From positions 4,191 through 68,190 of the forward strand of contig CAYMIF010000002.1 in assembly GCA_964390375.1 (NCBI GenBank): 64,000 nt of DNA, read 5' to 3'. The stretch is from an uncultured Methanosarcinales archaeon. GTDB lineage: Archaea > Nanobdellota > Nanobdellia > Woesearchaeales > DSVV01. The position numbers and the translations under genes are program-made. Under the pieces are notes generated by a model. That model saw only the letters and a program-made list of their open reading frames with translations. It made no database searches and had not been told where the DNA came from. Shown here piece after piece: positions 45,535 through 54,940 of the stretch; within the stretch, counting starts at the first letter, position 1, and each line of letters starts with the position of its first letter.

Positions 45535-47549
45535 ATGATCTCCTCATATATCTTTTTGGTCTCTTCAGAAGTCTGATCAAACGAGAATCCGTAAGCAGCT
45601 GACCTACATTCCCTTTCTGCCTGGTCTTTAGGAATTTGAAGTACCTCCAGGATTGCAGATGAAAATGCTGCAACATCAGGTTTGACGATCCTGCCGCAGT
45701 ACTTGTTCCTGACAAACTCTCGAACCCTGCCGACAGGTACAGTCACAACAGGCGTTCCGCAGGCCATGGCCTCCTGCACAACAAGAGGTCCTGACTCATA
45801 CTCGCTGAAAAGCACGACTGCATCTGCCATGTTATACAGATCGACCAGATTTTCCCTGCTCTGTGAACCTAGATAATAAATTCCCTCACTATGCGCAAGA
45901 TTATCCTTCTCAGCCCCTTCGCCAGCGATTAGCAGTTTCAGTCCTTTCTCTTTTTCTTTTGCAAGCTGGAAAGCTTCGATGATCCTGTCTACGTTCTTGT
46001 CTTTCCTGAGTCTTCCGCAATACAGCAGGATCTTGTCCTTTTTGCTTATTTTTATTTTGTGCTTATCAGTTATCGTCTTGTGATCGATGTTCTTTGGTTT
46101 GAACGTCTCAGTATCTACGCCTATATGTATCACTCTTGCCTTGTCTTTTAATGCCGGATACCTCTTGAGGTATCTCTTCTTGATATCATCAGACACGAAT
46201 ATCACGCGCCTGGCTCTGGAAAGTACCATTCGCTCGATGATTGAATACACCCATCCCACGACCTTTCCCTTCTTGCGCTTGATTGCTGTTCTATCATCGC
46301 CGTGTATTGTCACGACTAGTTTTTTTGAGAATATGAACCTAAGCGCGTAGAGTACGTTTTGGGCAGCTATTATGCCTTCTGGCTTTGAAGAAAACAGGCT
46401 CAGAAAATATCTCATACTTGAGCGGCAGTCTCCTGGCACTATGTTTATTTTCATATGTTTTTTCAGATCAAGTATATAGCTTGACGTGCCTCCGAGATTA
46501 TTCTTGCCCTCTTTTGTATGATAGACGATATTTATCCGCTCTTCTTTCCTGGTCGCAAGCTCGATCATGAAACTTGTCAGATCGATTTTGTCCTCGAAAA
46601 GCTTTTTCCTGCGCTTTTCCCATGTAGCCTGGGCATCCTTGTCGGTCACAAGCGCCAGAGCCTTCGCAAGCGCTTTTTTAGGGTCTTTTATAGAGAACAT
46701 AAGCTTGTATTTTCTTTCAAGCTCATCGAAGTTGCTCATCTGTCCGACAAACTCATTGCACCTGACAACAGGCACTCCCAGGCACGCACCCTCCGTTGCC
46801 ATGGTCTGCGAGTCGCCGACATAAAGCTTTGCTCCTTTCATGACAGAGTGCATTTTCTCAGGAGCAAGCTTCAGCCTGAATCTCTCAAGTTCCTTTGGCA
46901 TCTCTGCCTCAGAGGTGATATAGACATGAGCGTGTTTTGCCAGTTCCTTTGCGAACTTGATTTTCCACTCCAGGCTGAATCCTCCTTTGCCAGCATCATG
47001 CTGTGCAGCAAAGTTCACGAACCTCATGACAACATATGGCTTTTTAAGTCCTTTGATCTTATCTTCGTAGAACCATTTCGGATGCAGGTATGAAAGTTCC
47101 TTGAATCCGTTATACCGCACATGTTTCTTTCCGAGGTCGATAGAGAATCCTTTAGGTGTGACTATTTGGTTTGCGAATGGTTTCATGAGCCTAAACTGCC
47201 AGATCATAAGATCAGTGTCTTCGAATATTATTGACTTGACACCCAAAAGCCATGCTACCTGTGCGATATAGCAGTTGCCTGACGCCCCAATCATCAAATC
47301 CGGTTTGAATCGCTTCGCGATCTTGATGATTTTCCAGTCGATTGCGAACATTCCGATGGCTTTCTTTATCCCAGAGTACCCTTTTCCTCTTTTCTCATAG
47401 GGCAGGCTGTAAGCATCCAGAAGCTTTATCGCGACATCTTTGTCCCGCGCAGAGAAAAGCACAGCATGCCCGTTCTTCATCATCTCTTTTGCGAAATTCT
47501 TGAATAAGTGCACGTGCGCAGGATGCCCTATATCTATTAGTATTCTCAT
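45531..47549 (-). CDS. fusion protein: N-terminal DUF354 (epimerase/GT28-like Rossmann domain) + C-terminal GT4 glycosyltransferase
   Basis: The N-terminus MRILIDIGHPAHVHLFKN is characteristic of DUF354. The C-terminal half carries LFSEYESGPLVVQEAMACGTPVVTVPVG. Confidence 0.6.
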   Translation of the reverse strand: MRILIDIGHPAHVHLFKNFAKEMMKNGHAVLFSARDKDVAIKLLDAYSLPYEKRGKGYSGIKKAIGMFAIDWKIIKIAKRFKPDLMIGASGNCYIAQVAWLLGVKSIIFEDTDLMIWQFRLMKPFANQIVTPKGFSIDLGKKHVRYNGFKELSYLHPKWFYEDKIKGLKKPYVVMRFVNFAAQHDAGKGGFSLEWKIKFAKELAKHAHVYITSEAEMPKELERFRLKLAPEKMHSVMKGAKLYVGDSQTMATEGACLGVPVVRCNEFVGQMSNFDELERKYKLMFSIKDPKKALAKALALVTDKDAQATWEKRRKKLFEDKIDLTSFMIELATRKEERINIVYHTKEGKNNLGGTSSYILDLKKHMKINIVPGDCRSSMRYFLSLFSSKPEGIIAAQNVLYALRFIFSKKLVVTIHGDDRTAIKRKKGKVVGWVYSIIERMVLSRARRVIFVSDDIKKRYLKRYPALKDKARVIHIGVDTETFKPKNIDHKTITDKHKIKISKKDKILLYCGRLRKDKNVDRIIEAFQLAKEKEKGLKLLIAGEGAEKDNLAHSEGIYYLGSQSRENLVDLYNMADAVVLFSEYESGPLVVQEAMACGTPVVTVPVGRVREFVRNKYCGRIVKPDVAAFSSAILEVLQIPKDQAERECRSAAYGFSFDQTSEETKKIYEEII

Positions 47550-47793
47550 TCTAATATTTACCTTTTTTTAGTGGGACTAAGTGAACGAAGTGAACGCATG
47601 TCGCACATCGCTTACAATTGGCGAAAGAATTGTGCACGTGCGCAGGATGCCCTATATCTATTAGTATTCTCATTCTAAGATTTACCCTTTTTTAGTGGGA
47701 CTAAGTGAACGCATGTCGCACATCGCTTACAATTGGCGAAAGAATTGTGCACGTGCGCAGGATGCCCTATGTCTATTAGTATTCTCATCCTAA
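47508..47793. repeat. tandem direct repeat, ~2.4 copies of a 115-124 bp unit, each containing the start codon and first 14 codons (MRILIDIGHPAHVH) of the DUF354-GT4 gene plus ~75 bp of its upstream region
   Basis: Copy boundaries are 47508, 47632 and 47747. Copy 1 carries an internal 9-bp duplication (aagtgaacg). Copy 3 is truncated and has a single mismatch (tatgtct vs tatatct). Confidence 0.85.
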
Positions 47794-47839
47794 AATTCCA
47801 CCTTCTATGAGTCTCCTCATTCTCAGATCTCACCTTGAT

Positions 47840-48886
47840 TCATTTCAGATATCTGATAATGATATCTGCGATACGCTCTGCAGTCTTTCCGTTGCCGTAT
47901 ATCTTCTTTGAAAAGTCGATCTTCTTGTTTTCCATCTTCTTGACTTTCCTCACGATATCGTCCGGATCTGCCTTGCACAGAACGTTCCACTTTCCCAGCG
48001 ATTCCACCCATTCTGTATGTTCCCTGACTGTCACGCAGGCTTTTTTTGAGAAATACGCCTCTTTTTGGACTCCTCCTGAATCAGTGAGCACAAGCCTGCA
48101 CGAATTTAGGAGCTTTTGGAATTCCGCTCTTCCGACAGGGATTATGAGCTTGACGTTCTTTGGCTTGATATTGTATTCTGCGACTTTTGTCTTTGTCCTT
48201 GGATGTATAGGGAAGACAACTGGTCTGCAAAGCCTGGCAAAGCCTTCAAATATGTTCTGAAGCTTCTTCTTATCGTCAGTATTAGCTGCCCTGTGGATTG
48301 TCGCGAGATAGAAATCCCCATGATCAAGCAAAATAGGCACTCTGATCAGTGAATTGATATATCTATAAGAGTCATACATGATGTCTCCTGTCTTATATAC
48401 TCCTTTTTTGATGCCTTCATTTGCGAGATTCTCTATCGCTGAATTAGTCGAACAGAAATGAAGCGATGAAAGATGGTCTGTCACGACCCTGTTCACCTCT
48501 TCGGGCATCCTTCTGTCGAATGATCTCATCCCTGCCTCGACATGTGCTATAGGGATATTCAGTTTTGCTGCAGCAAGCGCTCCGGCTGCAGTCGAGTTCG
48601 TGTCTCCATAGACTATAACCAGGTCTGGTTTGGTCCGAATCATCAGCTCTTCAAGTTTGTCGAGCATAAGCCCAGTCATCTTCCCATGCGAAAGAGAGGA
48701 TATCCCCAGATTGTGGTTTGGGCTTTTGAGTTTCAGCTCAGAAAAGAACAACTCAGACATGTTCTTGTCGAAATGCTGTCCTGTATGCACGAGCACCTCT
48801 TTTATTTTCCGTTTGCGCAATGCTTTTGATACCATCGCAGCCTTGACGAATTGCGGTCTTGCTCCGACAATGTTCATGATCTTCAT
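47840..48886 (-). CDS. wecB: UDP-N-acetylglucosamine 2-epimerase (non-hydrolysing)
   Basis: MKIMNIVGARPQFVKAAMVSKAL..., HTGQHFD, DSGGVQKEA and a ~350 aa length. Confidence 0.85.
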   Translation of the reverse strand: MKIMNIVGARPQFVKAAMVSKALRKRKIKEVLVHTGQHFDKNMSELFFSELKLKSPNHNLGISSLSHGKMTGLMLDKLEELMIRTKPDLVIVYGDTNSTAAGALAAAKLNIPIAHVEAGMRSFDRRMPEEVNRVVTDHLSSLHFCSTNSAIENLANEGIKKGVYKTGDIMYDSYRYINSLIRVPILLDHGDFYLATIHRAANTDDKKKLQNIFEGFARLCRPVVFPIHPRTKTKVAEYNIKPKNVKLIIPVGRAEFQKLLNSCRLVLTDSGGVQKEAYFSKKACVTVREHTEWVESLGKWNVLCKADPDDIVRKVKKMENKKIDFSKKIYGNGKTAERIADIIIRYLK

Positions 48887-49896
48887 GATAGATACACCAC
48901 TTTCTCAAATATCAGCGCCAGCGTCCCGAAGAGGATTACAAGAGCATAATTGATGATGACTGTCTGTTTTTCAGTGAGCCTCCAGTAATATGGGAAAAGG
49001 AATTTCATCTTAAGAGGATTTGGAGCGATTATTGTTCCATCCTTTCTGATTCCTCCGAACTTGACAAACTCTTTTTTGGTTACGAGGATATAGACATACA
49101 TCAGGAAATCGACGATATGAGGTATGAATATGATTACACCGAACCAATAGGCTTTTGTCATTATGATAAATGCCCCTATCGCGCTTCCGACCATGAGACA
49201 CCCAACATTGCCCCAGATCATCTTCGATGGGAACCTGTCATACAAAAAATATGCGACAGTAGCGCCGAATATTGGTATCAGCAGAAGAAGATGCATGTAT
49301 TCTCCGTACATGATCGATCGAATGCCCAGGAATGTCATGATGATTATGCTCATGCCAGAGGCAAGGCCGTTGAAACCCGAATGCATGTTGACAAGATTGG
49401 CGATTACCATGACATACATCGGAGCGAGTATAAAAGACATCACCCATCCGAAATCATATTGGAAAAAAAAGAAATCCACGACGCGGTCCTGCAGGAGGAA
49501 CATGACCGGAACCGCCATGAACATAGTGGCAAGGATCTTCGCAAGATGATTTATTTGTATCATGTCGTCTAGGAATCCGAATGTGCCGAAAGTGAGCACG
49601 ATAAAATAGAACACATAGAGCATTAGCATGAATCTTTCAAAGTCCAGCATCTCCATTGAGGATGAGAAGAAAAAAAGTACCTGTGTCAGAACGATCGAGA
49701 CCATAAGCCCGACAAATATCGCAAGTCCGCCCATGTTCGCGATCTTCGGTTTTTTCTTCTTGTACATGTCTGTACATGTAAGGCCTTTTTCATGGAACTT
49801 GTTTATCAGCCACTGTGCGATCCAGTAGCAGGTGAAGAAGCTGTAGCAGAATATGACCACGAGCTTGTAAAACACTCTCAGTTCTATCGGTTCCAT
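48883..49896 (-). CDS. GT4-family polyprenyl-phosphate N-acetylhexosamine-1-phosphate transferase (MraY/WecA/AglH-like)
   Basis: 10-11 TM protein with MraY/WecA-type loops (NMGGLAIFVG, NLVNMHSGFNGLASG). Confidence 0.7.
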   Translation of the reverse strand: MEPIELRVFYKLVVIFCYSFFTCYWIAQWLINKFHEKGLTCTDMYKKKKPKIANMGGLAIFVGLMVSIVLTQVLFFFSSSMEMLDFERFMLMLYVFYFIVLTFGTFGFLDDMIQINHLAKILATMFMAVPVMFLLQDRVVDFFFFQYDFGWVMSFILAPMYVMVIANLVNMHSGFNGLASGMSIIIMTFLGIRSIMYGEYMHLLLLIPIFGATVAYFLYDRFPSKMIWGNVGCLMVGSAIGAFIIMTKAYWFGVIIFIPHIVDFLMYVYILVTKKEFVKFGGIRKDGTIIAPNPLKMKFLFPYYWRLTEKQTVIINYALVILFGTLALIFEKVVYLS

Positions 49897-50642
49897 TTTC
49901 CTTCCCTGATGAGCTCCTCCTTCTTTTTCTCATTGGAATGCTCAACAGCATCAATATACTCGCTTTTGAAATTATCTTTCAGGATCTTTATATTAGGCAT
50001 TAGGCAGTGCCCCCCGATATATCCCGGGAACATGGCCGGCCTTGGGATCTTCTGGTCGATATCGATTGTGCAGGTCTCTGAGAACCTGGTCGCTGCTTCT
50101 TCAAAATCAGCCCCTGCCTCTCGGCACAGCCTCTCCATCTCCTGGTGCCATCCGATCATGACTGCGTAGTAAGAGGTTGACAGGAGTTTTCCTATCTCGC
50201 TGTTCACTGCCTTGGACAATACCTCAGTATTCACTCCGAGCTTTTCAAAATGCTGTTTTGCAAGCTCTGCTGCCTCTGGTGTTGCGCCTCCGATGAACTT
50301 CACGTACTTCTTGAGTCCCTCCACAAGATTGGGGTGCCTGCCGCGCACAGGAGAATGTGCGACCTGTTTTTTGGTATTCTCGTATATCCTCATCGTAGTA
50401 CCTGGCGCAACAGTCGAGTTTATTATGGTTATCCCAGGGTCATATTGTTTTATATAATCAGTGACTATTGTCTCGAATTTGTCTGAATAAGGGATGCAGA
50501 CATGGCAGACATCGATCGAATCATTGACCTCTATGTCCTCTATGTCTTTCTTGAAAAGTTTCGCATCAGGCATCTTCTCTTCAATGATCTTGATGATTGA
50601 GCTTCCGATTTCTCCTGTACCGATCACGATTATGTTTGTCAT
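49884..50642 (-). CDS. NAD-binding dehydrogenase resembling the N-terminal and central domains of UDP-sugar 6-dehydrogenases (WbpA-like?), unusually short (252 aa)
   Basis: N-terminal GxGxxG (IIVIGTGEIGSSI) and a catalytic-Cys-like GYIGGHCLMPNIKIL (compare GGSCFPKD). No C-terminal UDP-binding domain is present. Confidence 0.35.
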   Translation of the reverse strand: MTNIIVIGTGEIGSSIIKIIEEKMPDAKLFKKDIEDIEVNDSIDVCHVCIPYSDKFETIVTDYIKQYDPGITIINSTVAPGTTMRIYENTKKQVAHSPVRGRHPNLVEGLKKYVKFIGGATPEAAELAKQHFEKLGVNTEVLSKAVNSEIGKLLSTSYYAVMIGWHQEMERLCREAGADFEEAATRFSETCTIDIDQKIPRPAMFPGYIGGHCLMPNIKILKDNFKSEYIDAVEHSNEKKKEELIREGKWNR

Positions 50643-51634
50643 ATGTTCACCGCCTTATGCTCTTTTTCAGATTCTATCAGCTTGTTTGCAAGAAGTATTG
50701 CCATCCTGCCGTCGAAAGGAGACACGATGTCAGCTTCGCCGGTCGATATGAATCTGGCAAACTCTGCAAGTTCCTCGCGCAGAGGCTCCTTTGAGTTGAT
50801 CAGGATCTTTGTCATGTTGCCTTCCAGGACGTTTTGTACGATGTCTGAATAGCTGTAGTCTTTCTCTGAGAGCGCCCTGTTCTCATAGAAATAAAGTGCC
50901 TGTGTGATATAGTCCGCAACAAACATCCCTTTCTCGCCAAGAACAGTCAGTTTCCTGATCTTCTTTGGTGTCAGCCAGTTCACGTTGAGGCTTCCGATGC
51001 AGCCTGATTCGAATTTCAGTGTTCCGCAAAGAAGGTCTTCATTGGAGGTGTGTATGTTCTGCTCGCATTCTGCATAGACCCTGACAACTTCGGATTCTGC
51101 GATGAATCTCATGATATCCAGGTCATGAACAGACAGGTCCCTGATCACTCCGACATCCCTGATCCTCGGAGGGAAAGGTCCTGCCCTGTCAGCGTGTATC
51201 TTGAATATCTTTCCGAGTTCGCCGTTCTTGACCCTTCTCTTCAGTTCCCGGATAGCAGGATTGAATCTCTCTATGTGTCCTATAGATATCCTGACTCCCT
51301 TTTCTTCGGATAGACTGATGATCTCGTCTGCTTCCTCGACAGTTGCAGAGATAGGTTTCTCTATAAGCGCAGATATTCCAGCATTGATGACGTCCTTTGC
51401 GGCCTGCAGGTGGAATGATGTCGGAACAACTATCGATACTGCATCCAGATCGACTGTTGATAGCATCTCATGATGGTTTGTGAATCCTTTTGTGTTGTAT
51501 CGCTTCGATATCAGATCGACCCTTTCCTGGTCAGTGTCACAAACTGCAGCAAGCTCAAAGTCTGAAAGGTCATTGTATATTCTTGCATGGTTCTTTCCCA
51601 TGTTTCCCAGCCCGATCACTGCTACCTTTATCAT
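50639..51634 (-). CDS. Gfo/Idh/MocA-family NAD-dependent oxidoreductase (WbpB-like UDP-GlcNAcA 3-dehydrogenase candidate)
   Basis: MIKVAVIGLGNMGKNHARIY Rossmann N-terminus and a Gfo/Idh/MocA C-terminal domain. Confidence 0.75.
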   Translation of the reverse strand: MIKVAVIGLGNMGKNHARIYNDLSDFELAAVCDTDQERVDLISKRYNTKGFTNHHEMLSTVDLDAVSIVVPTSFHLQAAKDVINAGISALIEKPISATVEEADEIISLSEEKGVRISIGHIERFNPAIRELKRRVKNGELGKIFKIHADRAGPFPPRIRDVGVIRDLSVHDLDIMRFIAESEVVRVYAECEQNIHTSNEDLLCGTLKFESGCIGSLNVNWLTPKKIRKLTVLGEKGMFVADYITQALYFYENRALSEKDYSYSDIVQNVLEGNMTKILINSKEPLREELAEFARFISTGEADIVSPFDGRMAILLANKLIESEKEHKAVNI

Positions 51635-52725
51635 TTGACCGCCTCTTTTACTGTCTCGATTATCTTGCTTATGTCCTCCTCAGACAGCCTCGGATGAACA
51701 GGAAGTGATATGCATCTTTTTGCGGTCTCCTCAGATACAGGAAAATCTCCTTCAGAATATCCCATATTTCCGAAATGTGGATGCAGATGCAGAGGCTTTG
51801 GGTAGAACACTGCGCAGCCGCATCCCTGCTCTTTGATCTTGTTCATGATCTCATCCCGCTTTTCTGGGTCGACAAGTATGGTATATTGATGGAAGACATG
51901 CTTTGCTTCTGGTGATGCAGCCGGCACAACCACTTCAGGTATATCTGCCAGCCCTTTGCTGAGTGCTTCTGCGTTCTTCTGTCTCTTTTCATTGTATTCA
52001 TCGATTTTTCCGAGCTGTACAAGCCCGATTGCAGCAGCGATGTTGGTCATCCTGTAGTTGTATCCTATATCATAGTATTGGTATCTTGTCTTCTCTGACT
52101 GGCCATGATGCCTAAATCTTCTGCAAAGCTCAGCATATTCATCATTGTTTGTCGTCACGACTCCTCCTTCTCCGCACATCAGGTTCTTTGTGGCATAGAG
52201 GGAGAATCCTGCGATATCAGCGACATTACCGGCTCGGCTGCCGGATATTTCTGCTCCGACTGCCTGAGCAGCATCCTCGACTACTTTCAGTCCGTGCTTC
52301 TGCGCGATGTTTAGGATAGCATCATAATCTGCCATCTGTCCGAACAGGTCCACCGCGACTATGGCTTTTGTCTTATCTGTTATCTTCTTCTCGATCTCTT
52401 TTGGGTCTATGTTGAAGCTATCTTTTTTTATGTCAGCGAACACGACCTTTGCATTCTGCATAAGGATTGCGTTTGCGCTGGCGACAAAAGTGAAAGGCGA
52501 GGTGATAACCTCATCCCCTTCTCTTATGCCTATTGCATAAAGAGCAGTATGAAGTGCGGCAGTGCCTGAGTTTACAGCAACAGCATTTCTGCACCCGCAA
52601 TACTCAGCGAATCTCTTCTCGAATTCTGCAACTTCCTTGCCCTGTGCTAGCATCCCTGAATCCAGGACCTCAAGCACAGCTTTCTTGTCTTCTTCAGTGA
52701 TTGTTGGTTTTACGACAGGAATCAT
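51631..52725 (-). CDS. DegT/DnrJ/EryC1/StrS-family PLP-dependent sugar aminotransferase (WbpE-like)
   Basis: Typical family layout, with a PLP-lysine region (FSLYATKNL) and N-terminal MIPVVKPTITEEDKKAV. Confidence 0.8.
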   Translation of the reverse strand: MIPVVKPTITEEDKKAVLEVLDSGMLAQGKEVAEFEKRFAEYCGCRNAVAVNSGTAALHTALYAIGIREGDEVITSPFTFVASANAILMQNAKVVFADIKKDSFNIDPKEIEKKITDKTKAIVAVDLFGQMADYDAILNIAQKHGLKVVEDAAQAVGAEISGSRAGNVADIAGFSLYATKNLMCGEGGVVTTNNDEYAELCRRFRHHGQSEKTRYQYYDIGYNYRMTNIAAAIGLVQLGKIDEYNEKRQKNAEALSKGLADIPEVVVPAASPEAKHVFHQYTILVDPEKRDEIMNKIKEQGCGCAVFYPKPLHLHPHFGNMGYSEGDFPVSEETAKRCISLPVHPRLSEEDISKIIETVKEAVK

Positions 52726-52732
52726 TTTATCA

Positions 52733-53326
52733 TCATTGTCTCATATTCAGTATATAGTCTTGTTTTGGGATTATCGCTTCCTCATGGCACTTGCTGCAGA
52801 CCATTACTGCATGATCAGCCCCTTCCTCTTTGAGTTCCAGCTTCTCCCCGCATTTGCATACAAATCCCTTGAGTCTTGCTGGATTACCCATCACAAGGCC
52901 GTGGTCAGGCACGTTTCGTGTCACGACAGAGCCGGCAGCGACCATTGCATATTCACCGATCACCCGATCACCGCAGATGATGGTCGAGTTTGCGCCGATT
53001 GACGCACCTCGTTTCACAAGTGTTGTTGCAACCCATGATTCGTCCCATGAGAATGCCCTTGGCCGAAGGTCGTTTGTGAACACGACAGAAGGACCGACAA
53101 AGACATCGTCCTCGATTGTCACGCCATGGTATACCGATACATTGTTTTGTATCTTTACCCCCGAGCCGACAGAAACCTCAAGATCTATGTATACGTTCTT
53201 TCCTATATTGCATCTGTCTCCGATCTTTGCATTCTCCCGCACCTGTGCCTGGTGCCAGATATTCGTATCTTTACCGATATCTGCATCTTTTGAGACCTCT
53301 GCTGAAGGATGTATCATTTTAGACAA
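52733..53326 (-). CDS. hexapeptide-repeat N-acetyltransferase (WbpD-like) with C-terminal Cys4 zinc-ribbon
   Basis: LbH repeats throughout, and a C-terminus CKCGEKLELKEEGADHAVMVCSKCHEE. Confidence 0.7.
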   Translation of the reverse strand: MSKMIHPSAEVSKDADIGKDTNIWHQAQVRENAKIGDRCNIGKNVYIDLEVSVGSGVKIQNNVSVYHGVTIEDDVFVGPSVVFTNDLRPRAFSWDESWVATTLVKRGASIGANSTIICGDRVIGEYAMVAAGSVVTRNVPDHGLVMGNPARLKGFVCKCGEKLELKEEGADHAVMVCSKCHEEAIIPKQDYILNMRQ

Positions 53327-53488
53327 TAGAATCGCGGTGTTTTTATATGATTTGTGGTTTTCAGGTCAGATCCTCAGGTGGCTTTGGCAGAATTCTTTCA
53401 TAAAAAGAGGATTTAAAAGAGCTAAAATGCGAAAAAACACGGAATAAGACCAATAACATTTAAAAACACTTATTTTTTCTCGCGTTTT

Positions 53489-54067
53489 ATGATAAGATCG
53501 AATAGATCTGATATTGCAGTCTACCATTTCACTACAGGTAGAAATGAGGAGCAGATAAAGGATGACGGCCTGCAGCCAAGATCAAATATGGTATGCGCAA
53601 CTTTAGCCGACTATCTGACAGATGGTTCATCCCGGATGCTTCCAGAAGAGGCTTATCAGGGAGTATGGTACGGCATTCTTCCAGATGATCTGGAGTTATG
53701 GAAAAACAGTCCACAACAATCCAGTGTTTGGGATTCTATGATGGAGCATATCCTTTCCAAGGAACGCTTGCGCTCAGGAAATGTATTTAAGATGCAGGCA
53801 ATGGCAGATCCTGACACTCTGGCTGTATTTGATTTCATTCATCTGGCAAGAGCCATGAGCAATAATGGTTATGAAAGAAAGGCTCGGGTGATTGATGAGG
53901 CTATAAAGGCATATTGGGATTCAGGAACTCCTTTGAAAAGATATGCAGGGGGATATTCGTTGCCAGAAACAGTGAGCTGGTCGCCGGTAGGCAGGGAGAA
54001 TCTCTTTACGAAAAGCAAGGTTACCTACACTTCTGGTCCAAGGCAGTTCCAGCCTCTGCAGAACTAG
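53489..54067 (+). CDS. hypothetical protein
   Basis: 192 aa ORF with no recognisable motif. Confidence 0.3.
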   Translation: MIRSNRSDIAVYHFTTGRNEEQIKDDGLQPRSNMVCATLADYLTDGSSRMLPEEAYQGVWYGILPDDLELWKNSPQQSSVWDSMMEHILSKERLRSGNVFKMQAMADPDTLAVFDFIHLARAMSNNGYERKARVIDEAIKAYWDSGTPLKRYAGGYSLPETVSWSPVGRENLFTKSKVTYTSGPRQFQPLQN

Positions 54068-54070
54068 TAT

Positions 54071-54736
54071 TCAGCTAACTATATTCATTATCTTGTTCTC
54101 AATTTTTCGAAGATGTTCGATCAATGTCGGTTTCGAAATACCTATTACTTCTGCAAGTTTTTTTCCGTCGATCTTTCTTGGGTATTGATAATAGCCCATC
54201 TCTTTTGCCATCCTGAAGACTTCCTTTTGCTTGGAAGTAAGTCCGGATAGGATATTATGTCCTTTATAATCAGCAGGGTTAAAACTGACGCTCAAGACTT
54301 TTCCGATCAGCCCTGAAAGCTTTACAAACTTTTCTAGGTCCTGGTCCTTTCCGATGCAGCTGAAGACAATTTCTCCTTTCTCAAGATAGGCTGGCTTTGT
54401 CCATATCAGGTCCATGTCAAACTTGGATGTCAGGCTACGCAAAGCTTTAGGAACACGTGATTTCATGATGATTGTGTAGGTATTTCCTTCCTGTCCCAGG
54501 ATGTCTATCATGACTGCATTATTCGGCCATTTCAGGTCTTCTATGTTGTATCCTTCTTTCATTGTAACTTTGGCTACGCCGACCTTTATGCCTCTTTTAT
54601 AGTCAAGCTTCAGCAGCTCTTCCAGTTCAACCATCTCGATCTTCTTTAGGACTTGTCCAAGGCCCATCTTCGCCAGGATATTTGGTTTGAGCCTGATTGT
54701 GGTCTTTCTCATGAGAATGAAGTATGCATCAATCAA
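54071..54736 (-). CDS. transcriptional regulator with C-terminal HTH_10 (Bat-type) DNA-binding domain
   Basis: The C-terminal LTSKQKEVFRMAKEMGYYQYPRKIDGKKLAEVIGISKPTLIEHLRKIENKI matches the HTH_10 pattern. Confidence 0.5.
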   Translation of the reverse strand: MIDAYFILMRKTTIRLKPNILAKMGLGQVLKKIEMVELEELLKLDYKRGIKVGVAKVTMKEGYNIEDLKWPNNAVMIDILGQEGNTYTIIMKSRVPKALRSLTSKFDMDLIWTKPAYLEKGEIVFSCIGKDQDLEKFVKLSGLIGKVLSVSFNPADYKGHNILSGLTSKQKEVFRMAKEMGYYQYPRKIDGKKLAEVIGISKPTLIEHLRKIENKIMNIVS

Positions 54737-54940
54737 TATTTATTTTTTCCCATTCATGAATGGGATAAATTACAAATAATCCAAATTCAGCTATGATATT
54801 CATGTTGTTTTTGATGCCCTGCTCACCATTATATTGTATATCATTATCAGTTAGGCTTAATTCTATGAAAAATAAAAGGAATAAAGAAGTAAAAGCAGCT
54901 AAAGTAGCTAAAAAACATGTTTGATCAGGACAAACTTTTC

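Noticed and set aside
47508-47793. Considered whether the tandem repeats could be a CRISPR array
   Set aside because: There are only ~2.4 long (115-124 bp) head-to-tail units with no unique spacers between them. The units contain a gene start, so this is a tandem duplication, not a CRISPR locus.
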